Shown: positions 1 through 10,850, counted from the first letter of the stretch. The stretch is 64,000 nucleotides of DNA from Nitrospinales bacterium (GCA_965223795.1 CBDCXL010000002.1:1376001-1440000); one strand, 5' to 3'. Notes: generated by a model from the letters alone, not told the origin. A program made the numbers and translations.

Positions 1-1598
1 TCATCACGATCGATCCACACGGCATCGTCCAGTCGTTCAATCCCGCGGCGGGAAAGCTTTTCGGTTACCAGGAAAAGGAAATCCTCGGCGCCAATGTGAG
101 CACGCTCATGCCGGAGCCCCACCGGTCGCGGCACGACGGCTACCTGGAACGGTACCGGACAACGGGGGAAGCGCATATTCTCGAAAAGGTGATCGAAATT
201 CAGGGCCGGCGCAAGGACGGCTCGTTGTTCGATCTGGAGATCGCGGTGAACCGTATCACCACCGGCAAGGGATATTTTTTCACCGGCATCATGCGCGACA
301 TCACCGAACGCAAGCAGGCGGACGCCAAGCTCAAATCCCAGGCCCAACAGCAGGCCTGTGTGGCCGAATTCGGAAAGACCGCTCTGGCGGGCGCCGACCC
401 GGTGGCGCTGATGTCCGAAGCGGTGGGCCTTCTCAAACGAACACTGAATGTGGAGTTCGCTCAGGTCCTGGAACACGATGCGGATACCGGCACCTTCACG
501 ATTCGCGCTTCATCAGGATGGGAACACGGTGTGCAGGGAACGACCGGCATTCCCGGAGGCAACCGGTCCCAGGCAGGGTACACGCTTCAATGCGGCAAGC
601 CGGTTATCGTGGAAGATCTTGCCAATGAAACCCGGTTCAGCACACCTCGTTTTCTCCGTGAACACGGAGTGAAGAGCGGGATGAGCGTGCTCATTCAAGC
701 CGGCAATGTGCCTTTCGGCGCGATGGGCGTGCACACGACCCGGCGAAGAATGTTCACGGAAGACGACATCCATTTTCTGCAGGCGGTGGCGAACGTGCTG
801 GCGACCGCCATTGAGCGCAAAAAATCCGAAGAACGGCTGCAGCATTACGCCCATGAACTGGAGCGCAGCAACTCGGATCTTGAGGATTTCGCCTCCATCG
901 CCTCGCACGATCTGCAGGAACCGTTACGCAAAGCCATGCTGTTCGGCGACCGCATCAAGATGACGGGCTCTTCGGTCAGCGAGGACAACAGCATCCGCTA
1001 TGTCGAGCGCCTGCAGCAATCGATGCATAAGATGAAAGACTTCATCAACGACCTTCTGCTTTTTTCGCGCGTCACCCGGCCGGACAAGCCCTTCGAACCG
1101 GTCGATTTGAACGCGGTGCTTGTGGAAGTGACCGCTAGCCTGGAAGAAACGATCCAAAGCTCACAGGGAACGGTGCAGGTCGAGCCCCTTCCCACCGTGC
1201 CGGGAAACCGCGCGCAACTGGAACAGCTGTTTCAGAACCTGGTGTCGAACGGGTTGAAATACTGCCGACGCGGTGAGGTTCCCAACGTGGAGGTGCGGCT
1301 TCGGAAAGACGGTCCGGATGAATGCGAAATCGTGGTTCAGGATCACGGCATCGGCATCGACCCCCGATACCATGAAAAAATATTCAAACCCTTCGAACGC
1401 CTGCACAACGAGCGGGAATACAGCGGCAATGGCATCGGCCTGGCTATCTGCTCCAAAGTGATCAAGCTGCACGCCGGCAGGATTGAAATAGAAAGCCCGG
1501 CTGAAGGCGGGACCGCGTTCATCGTGCGGCTTCCCAAAAAAAACGTGGCGCCGGTCCCGCCGGTTCGCCCCGCAGTCAGCTCCCCTCGTTCGGAATAA
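1..1598 (+). CDS. Sensor histidine kinase (FixL-like PAS - GAF - HisKA - HATPase), 5' end outside window
   Basis: Frame is open from base 3 (ITIDPHGIVQSFNPAAGKLFGY...). PAS segment LMPEPHRSRHDGYL...RDITERK, a GAF region, H-box ASHDLQEPLRK, N-box NLVSNGLKY, G-boxes DHGIGID and GNGIGLAIC. Confidence 0.9.
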   Translation, partial: ITIDPHGIVQSFNPAAGKLFGYQEKEILGANVSTLMPEPHRSRHDGYLERYRTTGEAHILEKVIEIQGRRKDGSLFDLEIAVNRITTGKGYFFTGIMRDITERKQADAKLKSQAQQQACVAEFGKTALAGADPVALMSEAVGLLKRTLNVEFAQVLEHDADTGTFTIRASSGWEHGVQGTTGIPGGNRSQAGYTLQCGKPVIVEDLANETRFSTPRFLREHGVKSGMSVLIQAGNVPFGAMGVHTTRRRMFTEDDIHFLQAVANVLATAIERKKSEERLQHYAHELERSNSDLEDFASIASHDLQEPLRKAMLFGDRIKMTGSSVSEDNSIRYVERLQQSMHKMKDFINDLLLFSRVTRPDKPFEPVDLNAVLVEVTASLEETIQSSQGTVQVEPLPTVPGNRAQLEQLFQNLVSNGLKYCRRGEVPNVEVRLRKDGPDECEIVVQDHGIGIDPRYHEKIFKPFERLHNEREYSGNGIGLAICSKVIKLHAGRIEIESPAEGGTAFIVRLPKKNVAPVPPVRPAVSSPRSE

Positions 1599-1601
1599 AC
1601 G

Positions 1602-4600
1602 CTACAGAGCGGTTCTTAAGAATTTGTCGATGAGTTTGCGGTAGAACGCCCGCACCTGTTTTGTCGTTGCGTCGTAATCCGCCATGAGACGCGGGCCGAT
1701 GCCGCCGGCATCCGAGTCCGCGTACCCCAGCAGTTTACCCAGAGAAGCCAGTGAATCGGCGTCTTTGGGAAGGTGGTTGGTGGAAGGATCGCTCTGGATG
1801 CGCAGCGCGCATTCCAGATTTCTCAGGAACAGGTAGTTTCCGCGAATCTGCTCAGCGTCTTTTTGATCGAGCATTCCGTAAGCGTCCATCTGTTTCAGCA
1901 CATCCAGTGTCGGGGTCAGGCGCAGGCCGGGGTTCTGCCTCCCGTGCATGAGCTGCAGGATCTGCAGCGCGAACTCGATGTCCACGATGCCGCCATATCC
2001 GAGCTTGACGTTTTTTCCCCGCCTGGCTTCACGGGCCAGCTCCTTTTCCATGCGCTCCCGCAAGCGGGATATTTCGATGAGCGATCCGTAATCGAGTTTC
2101 TGTCCGTAGATGAACGCGTGCGCCTGCTTTATGAATTTTTTCCCCAGTGCTTCGCTGCCGGCAATGAACCGCAGCCGGATCATGGCCTGGCGTTCCCAGA
2201 TGCGGGCGCGGTTTTCGAAATACGCCTGATACCCCTTGATGGAATGGGCCAGTGTCCCGCGGCTGCCGTCGGGACGCAGGTCGGTGTCGAGTTCATAAGC
2301 AATGCCCGCTTCCGTTCTCTCGGCGGTGAACTTGTGAATCCACTGGCACCACGACACGTAGTGATCCATGAGCTTTTCTTTTGGAAAACCGGTGTCGTCC
2401 GTTTCCGGTTCGTCGAACACGTAGACGATATCGAGATCGGAGCCGAAATTGAGCTCGCTGCCGCCGAGCTTGCCCAGACCGAAGACCGCCAAATCCCGTG
2501 GCAGCGGCGCCGCGCCGCCGGATTGTTTGACGAGTTCTTCATAAGCGAGTTCGGTGACGCATTTGAGATACACTTCGGCGAGGTCCGACAGATCTTCAAG
2601 GGTGCCGGTGAGATCCGATTCCTTGATCAAAAACCGCAGACCGATGCGCACCTCCTCGCTCTGCTTGAAGCGGCGCAGGGCGTTTTTCACGGCGTCGACG
2701 CTGTTCAGGCCGCGCAGGTTTTTTTTCAGGTCTTTGCTGATTTTTCCCGGCGGCTTGTAGCGGTAAATCGCCTCCAGGTTCATGAGCACATCGACGAGAC
2801 CGGGCTGCTTCACCAGAGTGTTGGAAAGGTACTCGCCGCTGCCGAAAAGAATGAGAAACAGTTCGAGAATTTTTTCGTGGCTGCGGAACAGGTTGAGGTA
2901 CGCATCGCGGGCGCGGCTCGCCTCCAAAAACTTGACCAGGTTCTCCACGGCGGCGTTGGGCTTGGGGATGCGCTGGCAGTGATCGAGAATCTGCGGCAGA
3001 CAGGCGTAAAAATCCTGGATGCTTTTTTCACTGGGATGCGAAAATTCCGGCCCGTCTCGCAGCGCTTTTAAAAAACGCAGCGCCTGCCCGGAATCGCTGA
3101 ACCCGCGGCCCGCCAGAAGTTTTTCCGTGAGTTCCAGGCGGGCGTCGGCAGTGGGATCGGCGTCGGCTTTCTGCTCGGCTTCGCGTTTTTCCTTATCCGC
3201 AAAAAGATTGGCGAACATCCTGCCCACCCGTTGCGTGTGATCCTGAAACTGCTGCAGCAGTTTCTGTCCCAACTCGTGCGCCGTCCCATCGCTCAACCCC
3301 ATCTTGCGCGCGAGCACGGCGAGCTTGGCGTCGTCTTTCGGAAGCACGTGCGTCTGCAGGCCGAAAGAAATCTGCACGCGGTTCTCCAGGTTGCGCAGAA
3401 AAATATAGGCGGCTTTCAGGTCGTCGTGATCCTGATCGTAAAGGTACTTCGCCTCGCGCAGTTTCGCCAGCAAGGCGAGTGTGTTTTTCACCCTAAGCCC
3501 CGGTTGCCGTCCGCCGAACAGCAGCTGGTACGCCTGCACGATGAATTCGATTTCACGGATGCCGCCGAAGCCCAGCTTGATGTCTCCCTTGCCGGTTTTT
3601 TTTCCCTTGAGGCTGGCGTTGATCTTTTGCTTCATCGCCTTGATCTCTTCGATGGCGGAAAAATCCAGCGTGCGGCGGTAGATGAACGGCTCCATGAGCT
3701 TGAAAAATTCATTTCCGAGCGCGATGCTGCCGGCGCAGACTCTGGCCTTCAACATGGCCTGGCGTTCCCAGGTCCGTCCCCAGGACTGGTAGTACACCTC
3801 GCAGCTGGCGAGCGAATTGGCGATCTCGCCGCTTTTGCCTTCGGGTCTTAAATCCAGATCGACGCGAAACACGTTGCCTTCGGGTGTGATCTCATTCAGG
3901 GTGCGGGTCAGCTGCTGCGAAAGCTTGGTGAAGTATTCGTGGTTGCTGATGCGGATGCCCTCTTCCTTGCCGGGTTCGGGACGGGTCTCGCCCAGGCTCG
4001 AGGTGTAGATGTAGATGAGGTCGATGTCGGAGCTGAAATTGAGTTCCTGCCCGCCGAGCTTGCCCATGCCGAGGATGGTGAACTCCGACTCGAGCCAGTT
4101 GCCCTCCGGATCCTGATACACGGGAACGCCGTATTTTTCGCGGCACTCCTTGTCGGCCTGTTCGTAGGCGATTTGCAGGCACACGTCGGCGAGATTGGAG
4201 ATGTCGCGCACGGTTTCGCGCATCGGCGCTTTGCCGAGCAGATCGCGCAGCCCGATGCGGATGTATTCTCTTTTTTTGAACCGGCGCAGGTGCGTGGACA
4301 CGCCGGCGCCGGACGTTTCGCCGCCCGCCAGTTCGTAAAAATCGCGCATCAGGGAGTCTTTCGACCGGGTCTGGTTCAGCACTTCCGGTTTCTTGAGCCA
4401 GTCGAAATGCCCGGGGTCCTTGAGCAGCGTGTCGGTGAGCACCTGGCTGCCGGAAAACAGGGTCACCAAGGCGTGCAGCAGATCGGGAGATTTTTCCAGC
4501 AGCGTGTAAAAATAATTCTGATCGAAAATCTTGGCGGCGAAGCGTTCGAAATTGCTGAGCGCCAGATCGGCGTCGTAGGATCGGGACAGCTCCTGCAAAA

Positions 4601-4778
4601 ACGCCGGGAAAAAACCGGGGAACAGGCCGGGAAAATCGAGCGGCCGGGCGAGCTGCAATAAAATCCCCCAGGCTTTTTTTGCATCCTGGAACGCAAGCGG
4701 CTGTAACGACTCCGCCAGCCGGTCCTCCCAGGGAGCCTGCGCATAAAGCAGGGACAAGGATTCGTGTTTCAGATTCAT
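1602..4778 (-). CDS. glnE: Bifunctional glutamine synthetase adenylyltransferase/deadenylase
   Basis: Two nucleotidyltransferase repeats (GMGKLGGQELNFSSDIDL and GLGKLGGSELNFGSDLDI), DLRPEG/DLRPDG, WERQAM, GGIREIEF. Lies downstream of glnA. Confidence 0.95.
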   Translation of the reverse strand: MNLKHESLSLLYAQAPWEDRLAESLQPLAFQDAKKAWGILLQLARPLDFPGLFPGFFPAFLQELSRSYDADLALSNFERFAAKIFDQNYFYTLLEKSPDLLHALVTLFSGSQVLTDTLLKDPGHFDWLKKPEVLNQTRSKDSLMRDFYELAGGETSGAGVSTHLRRFKKREYIRIGLRDLLGKAPMRETVRDISNLADVCLQIAYEQADKECREKYGVPVYQDPEGNWLESEFTILGMGKLGGQELNFSSDIDLIYIYTSSLGETRPEPGKEEGIRISNHEYFTKLSQQLTRTLNEITPEGNVFRVDLDLRPEGKSGEIANSLASCEVYYQSWGRTWERQAMLKARVCAGSIALGNEFFKLMEPFIYRRTLDFSAIEEIKAMKQKINASLKGKKTGKGDIKLGFGGIREIEFIVQAYQLLFGGRQPGLRVKNTLALLAKLREAKYLYDQDHDDLKAAYIFLRNLENRVQISFGLQTHVLPKDDAKLAVLARKMGLSDGTAHELGQKLLQQFQDHTQRVGRMFANLFADKEKREAEQKADADPTADARLELTEKLLAGRGFSDSGQALRFLKALRDGPEFSHPSEKSIQDFYACLPQILDHCQRIPKPNAAVENLVKFLEASRARDAYLNLFRSHEKILELFLILFGSGEYLSNTLVKQPGLVDVLMNLEAIYRYKPPGKISKDLKKNLRGLNSVDAVKNALRRFKQSEEVRIGLRFLIKESDLTGTLEDLSDLAEVYLKCVTELAYEELVKQSGGAAPLPRDLAVFGLGKLGGSELNFGSDLDIVYVFDEPETDDTGFPKEKLMDHYVSWCQWIHKFTAERTEAGIAYELDTDLRPDGSRGTLAHSIKGYQAYFENRARIWERQAMIRLRFIAGSEALGKKFIKQAHAFIYGQKLDYGSLIEISRLRERMEKELAREARRGKNVKLGYGGIVDIEFALQILQLMHGRQNPGLRLTPTLDVLKQMDAYGMLDQKDAEQIRGNYLFLRNLECALRIQSDPSTNHLPKDADSLASLGKLLGYADSDAGGIGPRLMADYDATTKQVRAFYRKLIDKFLRTAL

Positions 4779-4878
4779 GGCTCACCGTGCACAAGGCGTG
4801 CGTGATCCCGCGGACCCATTTTTATCAATTCAACCAAACCGGCGCTGCCGTTTTCCCGCGTTCCTGCACCGGCTCTTT

Positions 4879-5664
4879 TCAAGCGAGCCGGCCCGTGAAC
4901 ACCGTCACCGCCTGTCCTGAAAGCAGAACGCGTTCTCCTTCAACGGCGACTTTCACGACGCCGCCGCGGCGGGAAACCTGACAGGCGGTCAATGCGGTTT
5001 TTCCAAGACGCCTGGACCAGAACGGCCCGAGCGTGCAATGGGCGGAACCGGTGACCGGGTCTTCATCGATCCCCGCGGCGGGCGCGAAAAAACGCGAGAC
5101 GAAATCGAATCCGGTTTTCCCGGCGGCGGTGACCATGATGCCGCGAACCGGAAACGAGCGCAAGGCGGTGAAATCCGGCTTGAGCTTTTTAAGTTCCGCC
5201 TCGGAAGCGAGCTCCACCAGAAAATCGGTGCCGTCGCTGCCATAGAGCAGGCCCGGTGCGCCGAGCGCGGCATCCAGACCGGGCGGAGACTCAATGGACG
5301 TCAATTCCTGGGAGGGAAAATCCAGCTCGATCCAGCCGTCTTTGAGAGCCGCGGTCAACAGCCCGCTTCTGGTGTGAAATCGTGCCGCTTCATTTTTCGG
5401 CAGGCGTCCCGATTCCCACAATGCGTGAGCAGAGGCCAGGGTGGCGTGGCCGCACAGGTCCACCTCCACGGCCGGGGTGAACCAGCGCAGAGCGAAACCG
5501 TCCTCTTTTTGTTCGACAAAGGCGGTCTCGGAGAGATTCATCTCCGCGGCCAGGTTCTGCATCCAGCCTTCATCCGCCGCATGATCGAGAAGACAGACGG
5601 CGGCCGGATTGCCTTGAAACGGTTCGCGGGTGAACGCATCCACTTGAAACAGCGCGTGTGACAT
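4879..5664 (-). CDS. PhzF-family isomerase/epimerase
   Basis: QVDAFT...GNPAAV, EMNLSETAF, EVDLCGHATLA, EDPVTGSAH. Start taken at ATG 5664 (MSHALFQ); the longer ORF runs through a terminator. Confidence 0.9.
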   Translation of the reverse strand: MSHALFQVDAFTREPFQGNPAAVCLLDHAADEGWMQNLAAEMNLSETAFVEQKEDGFALRWFTPAVEVDLCGHATLASAHALWESGRLPKNEAARFHTRSGLLTAALKDGWIELDFPSQELTSIESPPGLDAALGAPGLLYGSDGTDFLVELASEAELKKLKPDFTALRSFPVRGIMVTAAGKTGFDFVSRFFAPAAGIDEDPVTGSAHCTLGPFWSRRLGKTALTACQVSRRGGVVKVAVEGERVLLSGQAVTVFTGRLA

Positions 5665-5710
5665 GAATCGACTCGCAATCGAATAGGGAGACTGCCTGGG
5701 TCGCGGCCGG

Positions 5711-5753
5711 AATAAAAAACCCCCTGGGGAACGCCCCAAGGGGTTTTTATTAT
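5711..5753 (-). terminator. Intrinsic terminator after glnA, likely bidirectional
   Basis: Minus strand reads AAAAACCCCTTGGGG-CGTT-CCCCAGGGGGTTTTTT, about 30 nt after the glnA stop. Confidence 0.85.
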
Positions 5754-5784
5754 AGCCTGACCCAAAAGTAAACCGGAGGACGCA

Positions 5785-7197
5785 TCAAACGTCGTAGTAC
5801 ATGTAAAACTCCAGAGGATGCGGGCGCAGCCTCAGGTTCGCAATGTCGTTGTCGCGTTTGTAGTCGATCCACCCGTCGATCACATCCTGGGTGAACACGT
5901 CCCCTTTCAATAGAAAGTCGTGGTCTTCTTCCAGTGCGTCCAGCGCCCCTTCGAGGCTGTGCGGCAGCGTCGGGATGCCCTGCAGCTCCTCGGGCCCCAA
6001 TGCGTAGATGTCCTTGTCCAGCGGTTCGCCGGGGTCGATCTTGTTCTCGATGCCGTCGAGCCCCGCCATCAGCATGGCCGAGAAAGCCAGGTAACCGTTG
6101 CAGGACGGGTCGGGAAAGCGCGCTTCCATGCGTTTGGCCTTGGGGCTCGGCGAATACATGGGAATGCGGCAGGCGGCGCTGCGGTTGCGGCTGGAATAGG
6201 CCAGGTTGACCGGCGCTTCGAATCCCGGCACCAGACGCTTGTACGAGTTGGTCGTGGGCGCGGTGAACGCGCAGATGGCGCCGGCGTGCTTCAAGATGCC
6301 GCCGATGTAGTGCAGCCCCAGCTCGCTGAAACCCGCGTATCCGTTGCCCGCGAACAGCGGCTTGCCGTCCTTCCAGATGCTCTGGTGCACGTGCATGCCG
6401 GAACCGTTGTCGCCGTACATGGGTTTGGGCATGAAGGTCGCGGTCTTGCCGTGACGGCGGGCGACGTTCTTGACGATGTATTTGTACCATTTCAGGTTGT
6501 CGGCGCATTTGACGAGCGGCGCGAAACGCATGTCGATCTCGCACTGGCCGCCGGTCGCCACTTCATGATGATGGCACTCCATGGCCAATCCCACTTGCTC
6601 CATGATGAGCATCATCTCGGTGCGCATGTCCTGCAGCGTGTCACTGGGAGACACCGGGAAATAGCCTTCCTTGTGACGCGGCTTGTGGCTCAGGTTGGGG
6701 CCTTCGTCGCGTCCGGTGTTCCAGTTGCCCTCGACCGAGTCCACCGAATAAAACGACCGGTTGTTGGTGGACTCGTAGCGCACGTCGTCGAACACGAAAA
6801 ATTCCGCTTCCGGACCGAAATAGGCGGTGTCGCCGATGCCGGTGGACTTGAGATACGCTTCCGCCTTGTGGGCGATGTTCCTCGGGTCGCGGGTGTAGCG
6901 CTCCTTGGTGATGGGATCGACGATGTTGCACAGCAGACTCACGGTGGGCGCCTGCATGAACGGGTCCATCACCGCGGTCTCCGGATCGGGGATGACGAGC
7001 ATGTCGCTGGCGTTGATCGCCTGCCACCCGCGGATACTGGAACCGTCGAAGCCGAGGCCCTCGTCAAACAGGTGTTCTTCCAGCTCGCTGATGGGGACGG
7101 TAAAATGCTGCCAGGTGCCCAACAGATCCATGAACTTCATGTCCACCATCTGGGCGTTGTTTTTTTTCGCTAAAGCAATGACATCTTTGGGGGCCAT
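5785..7197 (-). CDS. glnA: Glutamine synthetase type I
   Basis: [51 protein letters not shown], adenylylation-site region [17 protein letters not shown] upstream. Confidence 0.98.
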   Translation of the reverse strand: MAPKDVIALAKKNNAQMVDMKFMDLLGTWQHFTVPISELEEHLFDEGLGFDGSSIRGWQAINASDMLVIPDPETAVMDPFMQAPTVSLLCNIVDPITKERYTRDPRNIAHKAEAYLKSTGIGDTAYFGPEAEFFVFDDVRYESTNNRSFYSVDSVEGNWNTGRDEGPNLSHKPRHKEGYFPVSPSDTLQDMRTEMMLIMEQVGLAMECHHHEVATGGQCEIDMRFAPLVKCADNLKWYKYIVKNVARRHGKTATFMPKPMYGDNGSGMHVHQSIWKDGKPLFAGNGYAGFSELGLHYIGGILKHAGAICAFTAPTTNSYKRLVPGFEAPVNLAYSSRNRSAACRIPMYSPSPKAKRMEARFPDPSCNGYLAFSAMLMAGLDGIENKIDPGEPLDKDIYALGPEELQGIPTLPHSLEGALDALEEDHDFLLKGDVFTQDVIDGWIDYKRDNDIANLRLRPHPLEFYMYYDV

Positions 7198-7254
7198 CGA
7201 ACACTCCTTTATTATGATTTTTCAGATTCCAAAAAAACACGCACTAGGGGAACA

Positions 7255-7289
7255 CGAAAAAACCCCCGCCCCGTGCGGAGGCGGAGGGG
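7255..7289 (-). terminator. Terminator-like hairpin between glnB and glnA
   Basis: Minus strand CCTCCGCCTC-CGCAC-GGGGCGGGGG (10-bp stem with two G-U pairs) followed by a T-run. Confidence 0.65.
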
Positions 7290-7343
7290 ATCCCGGAATA
7301 TCGAGACCGGTGAGGGACGCCGGGGAGAGGCGCGGCTCCGCCA

Positions 7344-7697
<354 letters not shown>

Positions 7698-7897
7698 CTA
7701 GATGAACTCGATGATTCGAATTTCGATCAGGGCGCTCCTCCCCCAATTCATTGAAATTCCATAGCACTTACGGAACGCGGATGTCCGCTTCAGGGTTCAC
7801 CGCCGTTCCTGGATGCAGGAACACGCAAACGACGCCGCCCACCGGCGGTGCCACACTCAACAGGCAATTGGACCGATTCCCTTAATTGGCGTAATAA

Positions 7898-7913
7898 TTC
7901 AATTATTGTGCCA
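7898..7913 (-). promoter_or_regulatory. Putative sigma-54 (-24/-12) promoter for glnB-glnA
   Basis: Minus strand TGGCAC-AATAA-TTGAA. GG-N10 spacing is correct but the -12 element is GA instead of GC. Confidence 0.5.
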
Positions 7914-8074
7914 ATGGAAGTTTCCCCGTCTCGGGGAAAAGGTCTTGTAAATAATTATTTTTTAAGGGGTTCGAAAATCGATGGAACTATAGCATATCAG
8001 CGTGTTTTTTTCAATTTAGAAGAAATGCCGCTTTTTTCAGCATCGCGCTGAGAAACTGTAAACATTTTAGGCTT

Positions 8075-8722
8075 TTATTGCGCGGCATCGGCGGCATCGG
8101 TGAGGGTGTTGAGGGCGTTTTCCAGCTCGCGCCGTTTTTCTTCCAGAACGTCGCGGTCCGGCCGTGCGGCGAGGTGGATGGGCACTCCGAAATGCAGGCT
8201 GCAGCGGGTGAAGGGACAGGGGAGCAGGAACCGGTCCCAGCTTTGGAGCCGGCGATGGCATTTCGCGCCGTAGGTCATGGGGATGAGCGGCGCCTGGGTG
8301 ATGCCGGCGATCTCCAGGCTTCCGGGCTGCGCGATGCGGGCGGGCCCGCGCGAGCCGTCGGCGATGACGATGATGCGCTGATCCTGTCTGAGTATGCGGA
8401 TGAGCTTGCGGGCGGAGGCCACCGCCTGCTTGTAGGTGGAGCCGCGGATCACCGAGTAGCCCATGAGCTGCGCCAGGCGGGCGAGAAAATCGCCGTCTTT
8501 GCTCGGGCTTATCAGTAGATGCAGGTCGGGCCGGTTGCGGAAGTAAAAAAACAGGTAAAAAATACGGCCGTGCCAGAGGGTCAGGATGTAGCGGCCGGGC
8601 AGGTTCTTGAAATGGTTTTCCTGTTCCGGGTTTTTGTTTCGCACCCTGAGCGTGCGGCACCAGATGTGGGCGAGCGCGTACACCAGATAGGGCAGGACAT
8701 GGTTGTAGAGGAAGCGTTTCAT
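8075..8722 (-). CDS. DUF374 / lysophospholipid-acyltransferase-like protein
   Basis: TLWHGR, LISPSKDG, IRGST, ADGSRGP, SWDRFLLPCPF. Overlaps the lpxB stop. Confidence 0.8.
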   Translation of the reverse strand: MKRFLYNHVLPYLVYALAHIWCRTLRVRNKNPEQENHFKNLPGRYILTLWHGRIFYLFFYFRNRPDLHLLISPSKDGDFLARLAQLMGYSVIRGSTYKQAVASARKLIRILRQDQRIIVIADGSRGPARIAQPGSLEIAGITQAPLIPMTYGAKCHRRLQSWDRFLLPCPFTRCSLHFGVPIHLAARPDRDVLEEKRRELENALNTLTDAADAAQ

Positions 8723-9873
8723 CCGCCTTCCCTGTTTGCGGGAAGCGCCGCGGCGATGTTTCCGGCGATCCTGGAGAGAACGCCCGGCTCGCCCAGGCTG
8801 TCGCGCACCGCCAGCAGCCTCTTCCTGAGCGCCGCGCGGCGGTTGTCGTCTTTGAGCACGGTTATCGCATGGTGCGCGATGTTTTCGGGCGTCACCTCCC
8901 CTTGCAGCAATTCGGGCACCACGCGTTCCCCGGCGACGATGTTGATGAGACCGAAGTCCTCCGCCTTGACCAGCAGTTTGGCGAGCACGTAGGTGAGCGG
9001 ATTGAGCCGGTATAAAATCACCATCGGGCAGCCCAGCATCCCCGCTTCCAGCGTGGCCGAGCCGGAGGCGATGACGGCGAAATCCGCGCAGTGCATCACA
9101 TCATACGTCTTGCCGTGGACGAGCCGGATCGCGGTCCCGGCGTTCTCGATGTCCGGGCGGACGAGCCCGGGGTCGATGGAATCGGCCAGCGGCAGCACGA
9201 ACTGGCAGCCGGGGCATTGTTGGCCGATGATTCTGGCCGCGCGCACCATGACGGTGAGCAGCGCGTGGATCTCGTTTTTGCGGCTGCCGGGCAGCAGCGC
9301 CACGGTCCGCCGGTTCGGGTCCAGGTCGAGGGTTTTGACGGCGGTGTCGCGGTCCATCGAAGGTCTCACCAGATCGACGAACGGATGGCCGTGGAACACA
9401 GCGTCGACGCCGGCGTCGCGGTAGAGTTTCTCTTCGAACGGCAGGATCACGTGCATGCGGGTGACGTCGCGGCGGATCTGCTTCATGCGGCCTTTGCGCC
9501 AGGCCCAGATCTGCGGGCCGATGAAATAGTGCACCGGGCAATCGGCGCGTTTCAGGTGCCGGGCCAGCCTCAGATTCAGGGTGGGGTAGTCGATGAGGAT
9601 GGCGGCGTCGAAGCTTCGGCGGCGGATCTTTTTCGTGAGGGTGCGGTACACATCCCAGTAATGCGGCAGCTCGCCGAGGATTTCGGTGACGCCGACGGTG
9701 CCGGTTTTTTCGATGTCGAAGAAGGTTTCGACGCCGGCCGCGCGCATTCTGGCGCCGCCCATGCCGGAAAATTCGACATCGGGGCGGATCGCTTTCAGGG
9801 ATTTTGCCAGGCTCGCGCCGTGCAGGTCGCCGGAGGCTTCCCCGGCGACGATGAGAATCCTGAGGGCCGTCAT
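8719..9873 (-). CDS. lpxB: Lipid-A-disaccharide synthase
   Basis: VAGEASGDLHG, IDYPTLN, PQIWAWR, ILPFE, LLPGSR, ASGSATLE. Confidence 0.95.
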   Translation of the reverse strand: MTALRILIVAGEASGDLHGASLAKSLKAIRPDVEFSGMGGARMRAAGVETFFDIEKTGTVGVTEILGELPHYWDVYRTLTKKIRRRSFDAAILIDYPTLNLRLARHLKRADCPVHYFIGPQIWAWRKGRMKQIRRDVTRMHVILPFEEKLYRDAGVDAVFHGHPFVDLVRPSMDRDTAVKTLDLDPNRRTVALLPGSRKNEIHALLTVMVRAARIIGQQCPGCQFVLPLADSIDPGLVRPDIENAGTAIRLVHGKTYDVMHCADFAVIASGSATLEAGMLGCPMVILYRLNPLTYVLAKLLVKAEDFGLINIVAGERVVPELLQGEVTPENIAHHAITVLKDDNRRAALRKRLLAVRDSLGEPGVLSRIAGNIAAALPANREGG

Positions 9874-9906
9874 GCCGGGTTCACAGGCAGCCGCACGCGC
9901 ACGCCC

Positions 9907-10722
9907 TCACACACACAGGATGGCGAGCCCCGCCGCATCCGCCTTCTCAACGACCGCGGGCTCATCGACCACCATCACGCGGCCCGCTTCCAGACCAACG
10001 GCGCGGGCCTTGCCCGCAATGAGCGTGTCGATGGTTTTGGGACCGATGCCGGGGCTGTCGTAGCGGTAATCCTGGTTCGTGCGGCTCACTTTGACGATGA
10101 CGCATTTCCCTTTGACCAGGGCGCAGCCGCGCTCGATGGCCCTGTCGGTGCCTTCAATGGCTTCGGCGGCGACGACCGTTTTATTCTTGACGATGAGGGT
10201 CTGGCCGATTTCCAGATCGGCGAGCTGCTTCGCGCGCGGCAGCCCGAACTCGATGTCCTCCCGCTCTTCCTTTGTGGGCTGGCGGCGCGTGAGGACGCCC
10301 GCCGGGGGATAGATCTCTTTTAAAAACTCGCGCTGGTCGAGCACCGAGAACCCCTCTTTCTCGACTTCCTCGATCATTCCCAGCATGAGGGTCTTGTCTT
10401 CCAGGCTTTTGGCGTCTTTTAAAAACTTGAGCGTGCGCAGGTCCATCCACTGCGGCCGGAAGACGATGCTCTTGTCGACTTTGCCGAGGATCAGGATGTC
10501 CTTGATGTTTTCGTCTTTCAAGGTCTGCATGATTTTGGAGGCGCGGCCGACGCCGAGAGAGTAGGCTTTTTGTGCGTACGGTTCGAGGCTCGTGCGGATG
10601 GCGTCGGTGAAGCCGATGGAAACGAGCTCGATGCCGTTCTGCGCGGCTTTGCGGGCGAAGTAGAGGGGGATGTCGCCGGAACCGGCGATGAGCCCGATGC
10701 GACGGGTGTTCACGGTGATCAT
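9907..10722 (-). CDS. lpxI: UDP-2,3-diacylglucosamine diphosphatase LpxI
   Basis: IGLIAGSG, IGQTLIV, AEAIEGTD, QDYRYDSPGIG. Position between lpxA and lpxB. Confidence 0.88.
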   Translation of the reverse strand: MITVNTRRIGLIAGSGDIPLYFARKAAQNGIELVSIGFTDAIRTSLEPYAQKAYSLGVGRASKIMQTLKDENIKDILILGKVDKSIVFRPQWMDLRTLKFLKDAKSLEDKTLMLGMIEEVEKEGFSVLDQREFLKEIYPPAGVLTRRQPTKEEREDIEFGLPRAKQLADLEIGQTLIVKNKTVVAAEAIEGTDRAIERGCALVKGKCVIVKVSRTNQDYRYDSPGIGPKTIDTLIAGKARAVGLEAGRVMVVDEPAVVEKADAAGLAILCV

Positions 10723-10850
10723 GCCTTCCGATTTTTAAACCGTGCTTTCGATTTATTTGACGCCGGCCTTGAACCTTACGAACCGGTTGAACGGCAGATT
10801 CGAAGCGATCACACTTTGTCCGGCTGAATTTCCAGCCGGGGTTCTGCGCC

